A stretch of 64,000 bases of DNA from Yuukianura sp. NJ FZ-2021 (GCA_046563655.1 CM102284.1:2046001-2110000), one strand, 5' to 3'; shown: positions 39,162-54,000, numbered from the stretch's first letter. Numbers and translations are program-made. Notes: a model not told the origin generated them from the sequence alone.

Positions 39162-42137
39162 TCAAACAGGAAGATTGTAGTCCCTGCTTTCGTCCATATC
39201 TTCTAACAACAAACTTTCAGACCCTGGAACACTTCCAGTTCTTTGCAATCCCAAAGTCTTAGCCAATTTTTTCACTCCATGTCCATTTCCATTTTGGAAG
39301 TCAATTTCCAATGTCTCTGGTCTTTGCGGTTGTGATGCATCACCACGCCCATCATTTTTAGTCGGATCAAAACCAATACCGGGCGGGGCTGACCTCGGTA
39401 TTTCGTCAGCTTGACCTCTGAGTTGATTCGCTCGATTTGTTGAAGTGCCTGGAATGTCAATGACTTCCGTTGGAGGACGAGACGGGGAAGTTGAGCAATG
39501 AGCAAAAATGTCTTTTGCCATTGGTTTACTGATGTCGGGTTTTGTAGAAGTGATTGTGGTCATATTTTCATCGAGTTCAGGTATCACGTCTTCAGCTATG
39601 TTATGTGATGGTGCCATTGCCGGCATACTCCCAAACACATCCGGTCTGACTGTAAAGTGTTGAACATTTCGAACTTCAAATAAAAGTTTTGTTCAAACTC
39701 AAAACAACAACTATTAACATCAAACCCAACGTACTGGTATCCGGTGTTGAAGGTTCCTTGTGACCGTGAGTCGTAAAAAGGCGTTTAAAAACTGAAGTAA
39801 TTGAGCCGGCTCGACTCGCTTTGTCTCCCAAACTTCCAGTGAAAGTGCTTTGACTTGTCGTTGAGCGAATACTTGAGGGTCGTTCACGCCAAACGAAACT
39901 TCCATTGGCTCTTCGTCTGGACGCAACAGATCTTTGGCCATCCTAATAAACAAAATATGCATTTTATGAAGTACTTCTAAAAAATGGTACTAAGAAAGAG
40001 GTAGTCTTACAAGACATTCTCCCATGTCGTCCAATTTGATCGAAGGCGGTGAAACGGTCTCACTGTCTAGCCGAGTCAAAAGGATTTTGTCAGTTGAGTG
40101 AGCTGGCGGTTCATCTCGATATTGTTCAGAAGCCACAGTGTACGGGAGCTCCGTTGGCAATACTTCGTCCCAGTATTGGTCTCTGATCAGTTCTGGATGC
40201 TCGTGATGCATTTCGTCAACTATTAAATAGGAAACCTAAAAAAAAGTTTAAAAAAAAAATTTTTTTTTGGAGTTGAATTTCTTTAGTAGTGTTTCGCATA
40301 ATATAATCAGTCAGTACCTGCAGATTCCGGTCAACGAGCCAGTTGAGTTCAAAATCATCATCATCATCGCCAAATGGATTGACAAGAGACTCCGCAACTT
40401 TTAACCAACCCATATAAAAGAAAAACTAAAAATTCAGACAATTTTTCAAAAAAAAAAAATCAGAATATAAAAGGTTTTCTTTGTAGTCACTTTTTAAAAA
40501 GTTTTTATAAAAAATTCATTTGGATTTTACTTCAAGTGTGGTAAATACTGGGAAAATTATGTCCAACTCCTCCAAAGTTCCATTTTTTGAAGCATGTTCG
40601 CGGTGGTTGGGATTCAAATACTGGCGTCCCATAATGCAGGAGAGGAAATAAGTGTATACTGCTAAAGTAACAACCTGTGAAACAAAAACGAGATACCTTG
40701 CACATAATCGCTGCAACAAAACAATAAAGTTCGGCGATAATAACTCTACAGTTGTTAGGTCATTCATGGCTGTTAACCTGAGTGTAAACGAGAGGCACAC
40801 TGATCCAGTCATAAGAAATTAGCAAGCCACATTGAGCCCTGAATTTGTTCAATTCATCCAGAAGTGTTTTCACAGCCAAGTCATCACGCAACTTCCCCTC
40901 CGTCCTGGCTCTAGTAACAAGCCCTGAGGCCCATACAATTGGTAACCACGTTTTGGAGTATCCAGGCACACTCACATTCAGCGCCTCTATTATTTTCCTT
41001 TCTCCTTCCTGCAGAAGTCCTTCAAAAAATGAACAAACTTATCAGTCCACAACTTTCAAGGAAACGATCATTGAAAAAATCTCACTTTTGTTCCGATGTA
41101 AGTTTTTGCACAAAAAGAAAAAAAATCGAATCAGAAGACTGTCGCTTAAGACAAAATTGAAAACCAACAAAAGAATTTACCCGCATCTACGAGATGTTCC
41201 AAAGTTGGGAACCGTTTTTTAACCCGCGGGCTGATGAGAGTGAAGCACATTGTCAGAGACAGGCAGCAGTATCGCATAATTGTTCTCCGAAGTAATCTCC
41301 CTTTTTCGTCCTGGAAAATTGAAAAATAGTATTTTCCAAAAACGCTTCGAAATATGTTTTTAAAAAAACATTTTTAAGCGTGTTCTAAGAAGATAAGGGT
41401 GATACGCTGAACTTACCGAGCACGTCATGTGATTAGTTCGGATAAAATGGTTCAACAGGGAAATGCGCCCAATCACGTGGTTCAAGCTTAAGTTACATTT
41501 GATTGAACAGATTCACCTGTTGAACCAATTGTATTTGACCCAATGAAATGAAATCATGACTGGAACTCAACTGACCTGACCATGAATCCCAGCACTGACA
41601 AACAGAGCAATTCCATCTGGCCATGGAATAGTCTTGTACTGGTCCCACCATCTTCCCACGACAATGGACACATAAAAACCAAGAACAAAAGAGACCGGGA
41701 TCAGGCTTCCTTGCTTCTGGCAGTAAATTGCAAGTTGAGCAAATGTTCTGGAAAAAAAGAAGCAAGCTATGAATAGGGTAATCCGAATCATAATTTTCAT
41801 GATCTTGTTGAATTTTTTAGAAATTGTTTACTTCTGCTCCTCTGGCGAAAGGTAGAATCTGTACAGTATAGTCAGAGCAAAGTAGGAGCCCAGAAAGAAG
41901 AACAAATCCGGCCAAACTAATTTGTAGATACTTCCTTGCCAACTGGAACACACAGAAAAAATCCAACCAAAAGGAAGTGAGGGAATGAATGCTAATCCAG
42001 TAGAGACTTTAAGTTTATGCTCCAATTCCACTTTATGACACCCCAGTGGAACCTGATTCAACGTACCGAAAAAGGAGTTTGAGAAAGCATCCAAAGCCCT
42101 TGCACGTAGAAACCTCGGCGGTGTATGAAACCGTCAT
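39162..42137 (-). CDS. Best1: Bestrophin chloride channel, multi-exon
   Basis: [93 protein letters not shown]. The paralogue number is uncertain. Confidence 0.93.
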
Positions 42138-43593
42138 TTCTCCAGAGATCAATCTAGTTAGTGGATTCCTCTTTCACTTGTCAGAGTTTTATGTCCAGAC
42201 CTTTCGTGGTATCTTCTTCATCTCTGTGTGGGTAACAAAAAATACACCGTTTTTAACCTAGACACATCAGCGACGAGGGATTAGACTTGGAAATTAAATT
42301 ACAACTCTCAACAGAACCACAAATCGTTAACTTTTAGCACTCAAACCAGTTCGATCTCAATATTAGGCTAACGTCGGTCGACTTCCTTTTGTCCAACTCA
42401 TTCAGTGAATTATAAATTAGAAACAACTTACAACAACGATGTACTTTGTAGTATACAGCGTAAATTGGCATCGTAAGTGTACTGTGTACTGTGTACGCGA
42501 ATGGAATACTTGAAATTCTACAATAACAGAGGTCTGTTTCAGCGTTCCATTTCTTGAACAACGGATATTCCTAACCGCAAATAAAAACGAACTGTAAGAA
42601 ATAAAGAAAGAACGCAAATCGTACGACACAAAAAAGTACACTAATTTCAGATTAAAATGTGTTAAGACCTTTTGTGGTTACTTGGACAAGGTCACTTCGG
42701 CAAGGTTCGTTTTGTTGTTGAACAAAAGAACAATGGATGGACAAAAACAAAGGGGCGCCTGTGCTGTCTGCAAACAAAAGTGACCAAATTAATGAACTTT
42801 TTTAAGTGTGCCTGGTCAATGACCTGGTGTAAATGAATTAGTGTTAGGCTTCGTTGACTTACCACAAAGTGATGCAATTGAACTGCAAAAGACGAAAACA
42901 GTCAAAGGTCAAGGTCACCGGCTCACCACTACGCTATGTTACGCAGATGATGAAGGATGAGAACACAACACAGTACGCTTGGGTGCACAACACAAAAAGG
43001 TGAATAAGACAAAGGAACTGATAAAAACCGGGGCAGTCTGTGTCCTGTGGCTTTTCTTTTGATTTGTGAGAAGTTCAAGGACTTCTCCTTTCCTTGCGCC
43101 CTTGAAAGTTCTCGTACACAAGAGAAAAGTGATCCTTTGGACCATTAATTACATAAATCAATAACTAAACTAATTTGTTCCTACCTTTTTAATCACATTT
43201 TCAAAGCTCCGGACTAAATGGCACACCAAAGACTTCTTTCACAGAAACGTCCGCAATAATTGTAATCCAATTCGCCAAGAAACATTATATTCGCGGACGC
43301 TAAAATTGGAATTACTGGGCGCTAGTGAACGCAAACTTATGTACCGGCAGACTAAATGATGTTAATCCCGTAGTAAATAAATATTGCATTAAAACTTAAA
43401 AGTATGTTTTGGTAACGGTCGAGCATTAGTGTCAGTTCGTTAGTGCAACGGACACATTCATGCCCGTCCGTGATCGTCCGGAACCACAATGTCGTAGTCA
43501 TTTTCAAACGCTTTTATTATTATTACTCAATTTTTAGCTAACATTTGGTTTAGTTTTAACAAAAAGTTTAATTTGCCAACGGTTGTAACGTTT

Positions 43594-43998
43594 TCAACCG
43601 TAGTGACAGTAGCAGACTTTCGGATAGCACCAGTAGACCGGGTAGCCCAGAGCGCCGCATCCCTTTGAACACTGGGAAGTACTCAAACCACCGCAAGACG
43701 CTACGTAACAAAACTCAATTAGTAATTTGCCAATAGTTAACTTTTCAAAAATGGTTAACTTTTTCAAAATTTTAGAATTACCGCCCGGTGAATTGATGTA
43801 GTAGATGCCCATGTCAGCGGGGCCTTTGACCTTGTTCTTCATCCGAGTAGCTCCGAAGTCCACTTGCGGTGGACTGTCCAGGTCATCGACATCAGTAGCC
43901 ATGATGTCATTGGATTCAGCCGTTCTCGGTGCAGCAGTTGACGCTCCTGCGCAGTAGATGACTGCCACGAACAGAACCAAAGCAAATACTTGAGCCAT
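43594..43998 (-). CDS. Secreted CSab defensin-like prepropeptide (exons 43998-43782, 43700-43594)
   Basis: Signal peptide, an acidic pro-region, and a C-terminal C-x7-C-x3-C-x9-C-x4-C-x-C. One 81-nt GT-AG intron. Confidence 0.75.
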   Translation of the reverse strand: MAQVFALVLFVAVIYCAGASTAAPRTAESNDIMATDVDDLDSPPQVDFGATRMKNKVKGPADMGIYYINSPGGNSKILKKLTIFEKLTIGKLLIEFCYVASCGGLSTSQCSKGCGALGYPVYWCYPKVCYCHYG

Positions 43999-45356
43999 TT
44001 TGGACAAGAAGGCGGTTGTTTTTGTTGTGTTTTGTTCAAGATTTGGATATGAACTGACACAAAGATTTGAAAAGTTATGATTTTTGGAGTGATTCATCAT
44101 TTGTTGGTTCTTGGACACCTAATCTGTTCCAGATTCTATACTGTCCACTTACATCTCTACTTCCTTTCGTGTTAACTTTAAGTGATGGAGTTCTTGTCAT
44201 GACAGGATATGTATCTTTTGATAACAACAATCGTTATAGACATTTGTTGACTCAGAGATGGTCCACTTTCTGCAGTTACATCATTATCACATCAACCAAG
44301 TTTTGGTATGGACACGAACAAAACTTGCAATAGGTTATAAAAGTTATTGTTAGCAAAAACTAATTACGGATAAAAGCCTCAGACAACAAAAGATTTTGGC
44401 CAATCAGACGATCAAGTCAACGACCCCGCGAATTCTCAAATTTTCGCAAATTAGTTCAAATCATGAATGAAAATTAAGTAAGGGCAGTCGGCAACCACAA
44501 AACTTTTAACCAATCATAAAAAAGTACAAAGTGAAGTGAACATATTTCAAACTGTTTTTGATGAAAATTATGTAACTAACCTGCAGGAGTGCTGTTTTAT
44601 TGGCGTACTTGACATGAAACTACCGCGGCGTTAATGTTTAACTTCAATGCCTATTGTAAAATTTCGAAATTCGAACTTAACCTAAAACAGTTTGTAGTCA
44701 TGACCATGAGTAAGTAAACTTAGTCCAATGTATGGTGACCTTCCATAGCCTTTGAACCAAGGTTCCTATAGCAATGAAAGATACTTTATCAACAAGAGTT
44801 TAGGCAATAACTCCTGTTTTCCAAAAATCTCGCTACAAACTTTTTTTTCACCCAAGTTTCACCCAAAGTTGTCACGTTTTTTCCTAATTTCTTTAAAAAA
44901 AATTTTCAGTTGGGATTGTGAAATTTAAAAAAAATCCAAGGAAACGAGTGCCGCCGTGATGCCTTTTCATTTCGAAATTTTGGGTGTAAAAATAGAAAAA
45001 CCGACTTAATGCCTAACCTCATTTTCACCAACCTTGCTTTGAACTGTGCACAATTTCTACCAATCAGCTAAACTTTTTTGAAAACAAAGATTAAAAAGGA
45101 CAAAAAACTCTTTACGGGCTTTGGGCCCGAAGGGAGAATCACCTATAAATAAAAAATAAAATAAAAAAAAGGGCATAAAATTGTGAAAACTGAGTCGTAT
45201 TTACGCCAACAAAATTTTGAGTTGTGACAAAAGCTGAGATTGGTAATTTACGTGCATTGTTTTTTTTAAACAACATACTGGTTCACAATTTAACATAGTC
45301 AACAATTAGCCGATTCTTCGATATTTTCAGAAGCAGTTTAAAATAAACCAGAAAAA

Positions 45357-46340
45357 ATGGCTATGAAAGCAATTATTTTAATTGCAATTAACTTTATTGC
45401 AGTTTCGTCTGCAACGCGCATTACACTCTTTGCCAGGTAACTAAAATGGTCAAATTTTTAATTCTAGGGTAACCTTTTTATATTCCAATTTTTGTTTCAA
45501 AATTTCCATTCAAACTTTTTTTTATCAAGAAACTTGACGAACACTGACAAGGACGGCGGAGGTCCAGACACTTACGTAAAAATTTTCTACGCGCCAAACG
45601 CAAACGCTCCGTTGCAATTTATTGCCGAAACACACACAAATAAGAACAATCGCAACCCGGATTGGGCCGAAATTTACACCATTCCAGACAGTGGTGACAG
45701 CTCACAGGTACCAAACACTAATTCGCACTACATACACTCAACATACATAACGATACATCCATGCAACTCAAACATAATTTAACACTTTGTAAGAGCTTGT
45801 ACGTACTAATCAGTCCATAATGTGTATGCAACTTTTATTTTTATTGCTAGTGTATAACATTTTTCAATACGCCTGCGAATATTTTATTAGTATATATTTT
45901 GCCAATTTTTTCGTTTTTAACTTTGTTTTAAACTTGTGTTTCAGTACCTAAAATTTTCCGTTGTGGATGCAGATGATGCAGACGATGGTGACCAAGGTAT
46001 CGGAGAAGTGAAAGTGACGTTGGCCCGAGTTCACCAACAAGCTGACCGTGTAGTGTGGACTGACATTTTGAATGGAGGTGCCTGGAATGGTAACTTGGTC
46101 CTTAAGATACAAAAAGAGGAAGCGGGCGCTGGCGACTGTTCCGATGTAACCTGTCCGGAAGACATAAATGACCAGTACTTCCCGCACCCTTCAACCTGCG
46201 CCGTCTTCTGTCAGTGCTCCAACGGAGTGCCCATTGAACGTCCATGTGCTCTTGGAACAATCTTTGACCCAAACCTAGATGTCTGCGTCCTCCCAGATAC
46301 TTACATCTGTCCGTACGGATTGAAAATTGTTGCCTACTAA
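45357..46340 (+). CDS. Secreted C2-domain + CBM14 (peritrophin-A) chitin-binding protein, 217 aa (exons 45357-45436, 45530-45707, 45945-46340)
   Basis: Signal peptide; C2 motifs 'ARNLTNTDKDGGGPDTYVKI', 'NNRNPDW' and 'LKFSVVDAD..DQGIGEVKVTL'; CBM14 'CP..YFPHPSTCAVFCQCSNG..CALGTIFDPNLDVC..C'. Confidence 0.82.
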
Positions 46341-47060
46341 AACGATTATCACATAAAACTTGCTGTAGTATAACACTTCCTTAATTTCCTAATTTACCTG
46401 CTTAAGCAGGTATTTTTGTCAATGTGGTTAAAAAATTAAGCGTGAGGAGCAGCACAAAAATGGGTTTTTATTACTATTCTATTGAGTAGTATTCTATTAA
46501 GTAAATTATAATACAAAAAATAAAATAGAAATTGTGTAAAGTGAGTTATGTATAAATCCGACGGGAAGATGCCATGGCTGCAAAATTATTATTGCCGCTG
46601 TAAACGGCAGGATACGGGACGCCGATCCTATTCTTTTATGTAAGTTAAATATGAATATCTCTACGAAATATATTTCTTCACTACGATAATTTGTTTAGTA
46701 AATATTAATGGCAATGTTATTGGAGACATATTTAGCTTGAATCCGTGCCTGTTTGGCGTCGTTTATAAAATTTTTGTATTCACCTATAGTTGAGAATGCG
46801 TTTCTTTTTAAACCCAACGTGAGCAATGGGAGGGAAGGAATAATTTCAGAAGTACACGAACATACAAAATCTGTTTTTGTGATTTTCAACTCTATTTTAT
46901 CAGCTGTGCTGCTGTTTATCAACAGGAGAGAGTCATAAATAACCGATAAGCGTTATTAAACGCTGCGCTGTTAAAAAATTAATATTTTTCCTGCTTTGCG
47001 CGAAAATTATTCCATCACTTCGAGTTCAAATCTGTATAGAGGGAGTAGCCTGCACCTAAA

Positions 47061-48956
47061 ATGGACACCGCGAAACCATCACAGGATTCAACACAACAAA
47101 GATCAAATTTCGACGTAAGCGAAAAATAATCATAACAAGTAATTCGTGCGCAATATGGTGAATTTCAATAAATATTAAGGATTTGTAGTTTCAAAATATT
47201 TTCTTAACTTTTTAGGCTTTTAACCAGGTTCACTCCTATTCGTTCGAGGTACCAAAACGACTTCGGAATTTTTTGATAGACAGATGTATGCGGATTGGTA
47301 AACAAACAAATACCGACATTAAAATACGAACTGATGAAGGTAAGAGTTTTATTTTGAACGGATATGAAGTATCGAACAACTTTTTGCCGAAAGATTTAAC
47401 ATTTTTTTTTCTTTAGATAAGTTGCGAAAATTGACTCGAAAACAAAGAGAAAGAGCTCTCTGTGCGAATTTACAATTTGAATGCCAGATTTATGGTCCTA
47501 CGTTAAACCATATCCAGCAGGCACATCATGAGATCACCACAGCTTTATATTCCGAAAAATCGAAAACGGATTTCGTCGAAAGACAAATAGCGCGTGCAAA
47601 TTATTCCTTCGGCCAGAAACAGAAGAAGGTGAGAGTTCGTCCTCTTGATTAACTTTGGCTAGTAGCAACTAAATGAATCGAAAATTCATTTAAATAGTAA
47701 ATGAGTACTGTGTTTCCAGGAAAATACTACTGATGAGCCGTCAAATAGCCAGGGAAAGAAGAACAAGAAGAAGCCACGGAAGGAGAACAAACAGGCAAAT
47801 TCAAAGAAAACCCGCCAGAAGAAGGAGCACAGCGAAGCAAATCCAAAGAAAACCAAAACTGCGAAACTCGTTGTTCCACTGCCAGGAAAGATCAAAATCG
47901 AGAAATCTAGAACCTTCCCAAACAAATCTTTCAGGGTAAAGCCGCTTTCGGATTTGGAAATCCGAAAGTTGTGCCGTAAAAATGAAGTTACCTTGAAAGT
48001 ATCAAAAGATCACAACAAATGGCTTTTACGCAAAGAACTCAAATTCACATTTCGCACGACCATGGACAACTTTGTCAGTTGCCACCGCTGTTTGCGTGAA
48101 TACTCTACACATAGCGGTCTTCTTAGCCACTTACGCAACAAGGGTTGTGTCGCAAGATGCATCAAATCACCAATTAAGGTGAGAAAAACTGATACCAAAA
48201 AATCACTTGATCAAAAAATGTACTTGCTGCTTTAAAAAAAGTGTTTTGCTAGAGATGTAATTTTTCAAAATTTTAAGGTTAAACATTTTGTGTTTGAATG
48301 TCGCAGTTGAGAGCAGACAAACAAGTTTTTCTGTATTCCTGCTACAGCTGTAGTTTGCACTTTACGGATCTGAGGACATACAAAGCTCACGTAGAAGACC
48401 GTGGCTGTACGTTCGTTTGCTTGGACTGTGAAAAGAGCTCGAAAAATTTTGCAGACTTTTTGATTCATCGTGCTGTAACGCACCGTCGTCAGGAATTGAA
48501 ACCCCGCCGTGACGATTGCTGTTCCAGAGTATTTCTGACCTTTTCTAAGATGGGGCAGCACAAAAACAATTGTCAATCGACTAATTCAATTGCACCACAA
48601 TATGTGCCTATGCCAGAAATATTAGATCGTGATTTTGTGAAACTGGAAACCAACGTTCTCAGCGTTATACAAACAGAAAATGTAATTTGCTCCTTTTTTA
48701 AGCTTTTTAGGACAAAAATATCTGAATTTTAGATGTTTGTGTTTTGATTTTTTAGACAATCGTGATTGGTCCACCCGGAATTACAAAGATTGACATTGAA
48801 AAACAAAAACAGAAGAATGAGGAACAACCTACTAGGATGACGTGCTGTACAAACAATTGCCAAACACAAAAGCCACCCACAAATCGAAAACAAAAACGCA
48901 CGAATAATAACAAAAACCTTCGATCAATCAAAAGCCACGGGCTAATTAAGAAATAA
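47061..48956 (+). CDS. C2H2 zinc-finger protein, multi-exon, 3' end uncertain
   Basis: CHRC..HLRNKGC, CYSC..HVEDRGC, CLDC..HRAVTH and CCSRVF..HKNNC fingers, a Lys-rich linker, and short GT-AG introns. Confidence 0.6.
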
Positions 48957-51003
48957 CTACAATGCTTCCGAACATTTTCCAGCGTTTAGAATGAGAAATC
49001 AAGATAAACGCCAATATAGGTATTGATTTTTCTTTTTAACACTTGATTTTCAAACCTTGTAGATTAGATCCACAATTAACATCTTCTTATGAACTCGTTT
49101 TTGACCTTTATGCGCTTGTAACCACTCAGAGGATTTCGAGTTTCACTGGAAAACGTCCATAACACATGTTGTCTACTAATTACAAAACATTCTACACAAA
49201 AAACTACCGTGATAATATTTTTTTTAATTAATTTTGTAACAGTGAAAATGAAATCATAAATTGCTTGTGGGATTTTGTGTTACTCCGTTGAAGCCGTATT
49301 GGAATTTTTTCAGAAATCTGGGGTTGAATTTTTTTTTCTTACTTTCACTTCTTTCTTTCTTTTTCATTCTCTTTTTCTCGTTCGTTTTTCTTTTTACCAG
49401 ACCTCTATATGACAAGGACGAACAAAAAGATTTGAATAGAAAGCGTCTGTGTGCCGTTCATTCAATTCCACAACTTCCCTTCCCACTCACTTTCACTCTG
49501 TGAATGAGTTGGAGTCTATTCAAGTCATCACGAAATTGCACTTCACTTTCAATTCATCATCTTCTACTTCATTCCTTGAACCATATCACTCTCACTCAGA
49601 AATAATTTAAGAATAGGCTTTTAATCTTGTCAGATTACAAAAATTCTCAATTTGAAATGTCAAATTCGAAGAAAGTTGTTTTAAAAAAATTCCAGAAGAA
49701 AATGTCTTTTAATTTTCAGGATCCAATTGAGTTGAATTAACTTTAATCAAAGTTTTACTGAACTGAAAATGAAGGAATGGGCGTGGTCGCTCCGTCTGCA
49801 CTACTAAAACCTACAGGCACCAAAAAGAATGGCGAAATCTGCTAAAAGATTTACGAATTCTTGACATGAATGGAGATATGTGTAGTCGTAAAGATTCGCT
49901 TTTAAAACCCTCTAATTTAAAATTTATCCAACAGTATGTCTAAAAATTATAGCACGGGTCTTACCGATAAAAGCAAGTCCAACAAACTTCAATTCCAACT
50001 CGGTGTACTGAAAAGTGACAATACAAGTCGCTCCCAATTTGAAACTGGTTTTAAAGGGATAGAGTTTGGTGAAAGTAATTTCATATTAGTTATTTTATGC
50101 TAATCTGAATGTCAAAAGTTGGAGGTCAGTACGTTTTTTAATTGGTTTTCTTTTTTTTTTTAGCAATTTCATTTTAGTTTTAAATTTTGAACGCTTTTCA
50201 CTACCCCGTTTAATGGTCAAGTAACACATAGCTTACAGCATTCTTCTTATAATTTGAGCCGGTACTTGAAAGTATACCGTAACTAAAAGTCCAGTAATCA
50301 GAAGAAGCCTTTTGACCATGAGATTTATCCCCCCGTCGAGTTCACATGGTAGCACAGTAGTCCTGATTTCGGTGGGATTTCAGTTCATTAGGTTCTCTGT
50401 AAAGAGGCAGTGGGAAGCCCCAACGTCACGTAACGCTTTCCAAAAGAGAAGTTTTTGTAGCTTAGAAGTCAAAGGAAAAGCGTTGCAAATGGTCTCACTT
50501 TCTCCAATTACGTCTCGATTCCATTTTGAAATATTCTTGGAAACGGAATTTCCAAGTGAAAGCTTTTCTTTGTGAAAAGCAGCTTCCAGGAACGAATGGC
50601 GTCCCACCATGATGTCAACACATGAGGCAGACTGCTAATCCAACGAAATTCTCGGAAGTGAAAGTTCAGTCCAGCTCGCTTTGCTACTCAGATAAAGAGG
50701 AAAAGCGGATTATAACAATCATTCTTTTGGACAAATCGCTCAGAGAAATTAGAAACCAGGGACGATTTAATTTAGAAAACAAAAACAAGATTCTCAAACG
50801 GATTTGGAAATTTAAGTATTTTAATTTGGTAATACAATTAGTTAATCAATAATTAAATCACAAATTGAATTTTCAAATTAGCGTAAGGTGAATAAGTTCA
50901 TGAGTTGACGATGGCAGGAGAAACTACTGGATTCGAATAGCAGTCCACAAAATGTGACGAAATTCTGTGCTTTCTGTGTTTCGGTGCGGTGGGTCGGCAC
51001 GCA

Positions 51004-54000
51004 CTACCGTAATGGTTCATCACACTGGATCACCAATACTTCTGAATCAAACGAAACAACTTTTAGTGAGCTCTAAAAACTAAGAATTATGACTGCAGTT
51101 GACTATAAAACAAAAAAACAGCAACAGTGATTTCATTTTATGAAACCAAAAGCACAATTCTGATTTTACTGGTTTGACAGGTCGAGTCAAAAATTAATAA
51201 CTGTGGTTTATCATGTTCAAGGTTAACAAACAAAAGTGTTTTCTACACCAGGTTGTCCAATAACTCGACGTTTTTAATTTTGTTAAATAATTTGCCAAAT
51301 TTGCTTCGTTTTGCTTTGCCTGCTTTTCTATGGTAATGATTTGTATGTAATGCAGTTGGAACTGAATTGGTGCAGAAGTTGGTTTGAAGTAAGATTTTTG
51401 GAAACCTTGGGTTATTGGACAACCTGTTGTAGGAAATGCAATTTCGTTGTCAAGGAACCTTGATCATGTTATGGTTACTTACCAGACTTGTTAACTGTGG
51501 AGGCCGGAACGGCAAAAATGAGACTGTCATTAGCAGAGAGGTCACTGGGTCGCTCTATTGTCGGTATCGGGCCGAGTTTCTTGGGAAGTTGAATTGACTG
51601 AAACAGTTTGATAAAAGCGAACCGAAACCGGCGGTTCATGAAACAGTAAGTGATTGGATTTGAGCACGATGAGGAATACGCCAAAAGCTGAATGAGAGTG
51701 ACCCCCATGGGGCCAATGACCTTGTACACCGCTTCAGGCATAAATAAGTACCACAGATGCATAACATAAAGCGGAGTCCAGCAAATGAAGAATTCCGCCA
51801 CAAGGACGAACAGCATCCGAATCACTTTCTTTTTTGATTCAATACTTTTTTCGGTATAGCTCGACCGAATGGCGCGGGAAAGTTTTAAACCCTGACGAGC
51901 CACGGACCCCTGTACTCCAGTGCCTCCTGAGTTGTGCGCCGCTCCGTTTTTGAGTCGTGTACCGCCTTGTCTTTGAAGTTGCTGGGGAAACGAATGAGGA
52001 TGAAGAGTAGAGCCGGAACGTTGCGGGGGTTGGTGTTCGGCTGGGGTCGGATCAGCGGTAGATGGTGATTCGTTTTTACGTTTCCATCTGACGACCATTC
52101 CTTTCCCGCCGCGAAGCATAATAATTTCGTTGGAGCGAGCTGAACCGGAACCAAGTGCTTTGATACTGTGAGCTGAGTGACTCCGACTGCTGAATTCCAA
52201 TGAATTCTCAGAAGGAACACAGTTGTTTCCTAACGAAAAAAAAATCAAATGTTCAGTTCTGTTGTGTTAACAAAAAAAATCGAATTACAATAGTCTCTCC
52301 AACTTATGAAATTGCACAAAATACGAAACAATGGCAATTGAGAAATGCAAAACTTAAACCATTACCGTAATATTCCAAATAAAATGTATCCTTCTATTTA
52401 TGCGACATTTTTGTCGACATGAATGCAAACAAATAAATCCATCCTAAACTCAGCTTTGCGGTAAAGTGACAAAATGAAACATGAAATGGCAAATGAGACA
52501 TTTTTCAATGACAATTGGACCTCCGCTCAAGTAATTTTCTAACCTCAGTTTTTGAAATTGCCATTGTTTTGTATTTTGTACCGTACATTTCATAAGTTGG
52601 AGAGACTACTGTATTTAAAAGCAAATATTCGAAAGACTAAGTAATTGTATTGCAAAAGTAAGGTCTGTCTCAAATTACCCCAATCTGTGTTTGCTAAATT
52701 TTTATAGTGGGAATAAATATAAACTTTTGTTATTCATTGAAACAGGCAATTTGCAATGGGAAGCAACGCGCATAGACACACAGAAACAAGTAACTGTAAA
52801 TTTTCAGTATTATTCAGTATATGATATAATTTCATTTGACAGAAGTTTAGAACAATAGCAAATGAATTTGGAACAATAGTTATGGTAAATAGAGCCAACA
52901 AAGGAAAACAATTTCCGGATTTTGGTATGGGAAGAAAGGGTGCCAAAAGTTTGAAAGTCTTTAGAATTCGAGATTCTAAAGACGGCAGGCGTGTTCAAGT
53001 GTGATTTCAAATTTCGACATGCTTGTAAAGTTTTGGCGCTCTTTTCCAAAGTTCTTTCTTTTGTCTACTTTTCTTCTTCCGGTGGGATTGAGAAATTGAA
53101 AAGCGGAAGCCGCAAAACCCGATTGTCTGAAGAACTGAGTTTCTGAGTTTTGTGACTTTGATAAAGTAGTCGTTGAACCACATGGGAATGTCATCGCGCC
53201 CGAGAAGCGGGAAATTTGAGTTTTTCAAATACACAATAACAAAGCGGAGAAATATATTAAATTACACAAGTTTGCACGACATACTGAAACCGGATATTGT
53301 AGAAACCCACTTCCATCTTTTTGTATTCAGAGTCTGGAACAATTACTCATACAAATCACACTACTTTATTTATGTCGTTTGCAACTGTTGGTAGCATTAT
53401 GGCGTTGTTTTGGATTATAGCGGTTTGTAGCAGCGTATATGTGAAACCTTCGTACGTCGTTGTAATGGCGTTCAAATGGAAACCATTTCCCATTAAGCTA
53501 TTCAAAGGAAACCAGCACTTTTAGCCCCGAAGCTCCAACCAGAATAAATTAAAAGTGAATTCGGTCGAGCTAACCGCAGCGGTGAAATTTAACACTGCCC
53601 GGGGAAATAATTCACCAGTTGGAGTAAAAGCCCACGCTTATTTAAAATTCTATTTTCTAAATCTTCCCGCTCCATTTTTCCTTTGAACCTCAAATTTGAA
53701 GGAGCTTGGTTTAGTTTTTAGCCACTTTTAGGGATTTTCCTCAGCTTAATAAAATTAAAAGAAAAGTCTTTTGTGGGCTTTTGAAGTATTTTTTTTTCTT
53801 ACCTTGTTGTGAACGTCTAGCCCTAGAGCGCAAGTCTGTCCGTAATCCTTTCCAGAGCTTGGACACAATGAGGCTATAAGAAAAAACCATAACTCCTAGC
53901 GGCACGACGAGCAGGAGCGATCCCAGGACGACGTTAAACACTTTCTCACTCTCCAAACTAGGCCAAGATTCACGACATTTGGAACGACCTTGAAGAAAAA

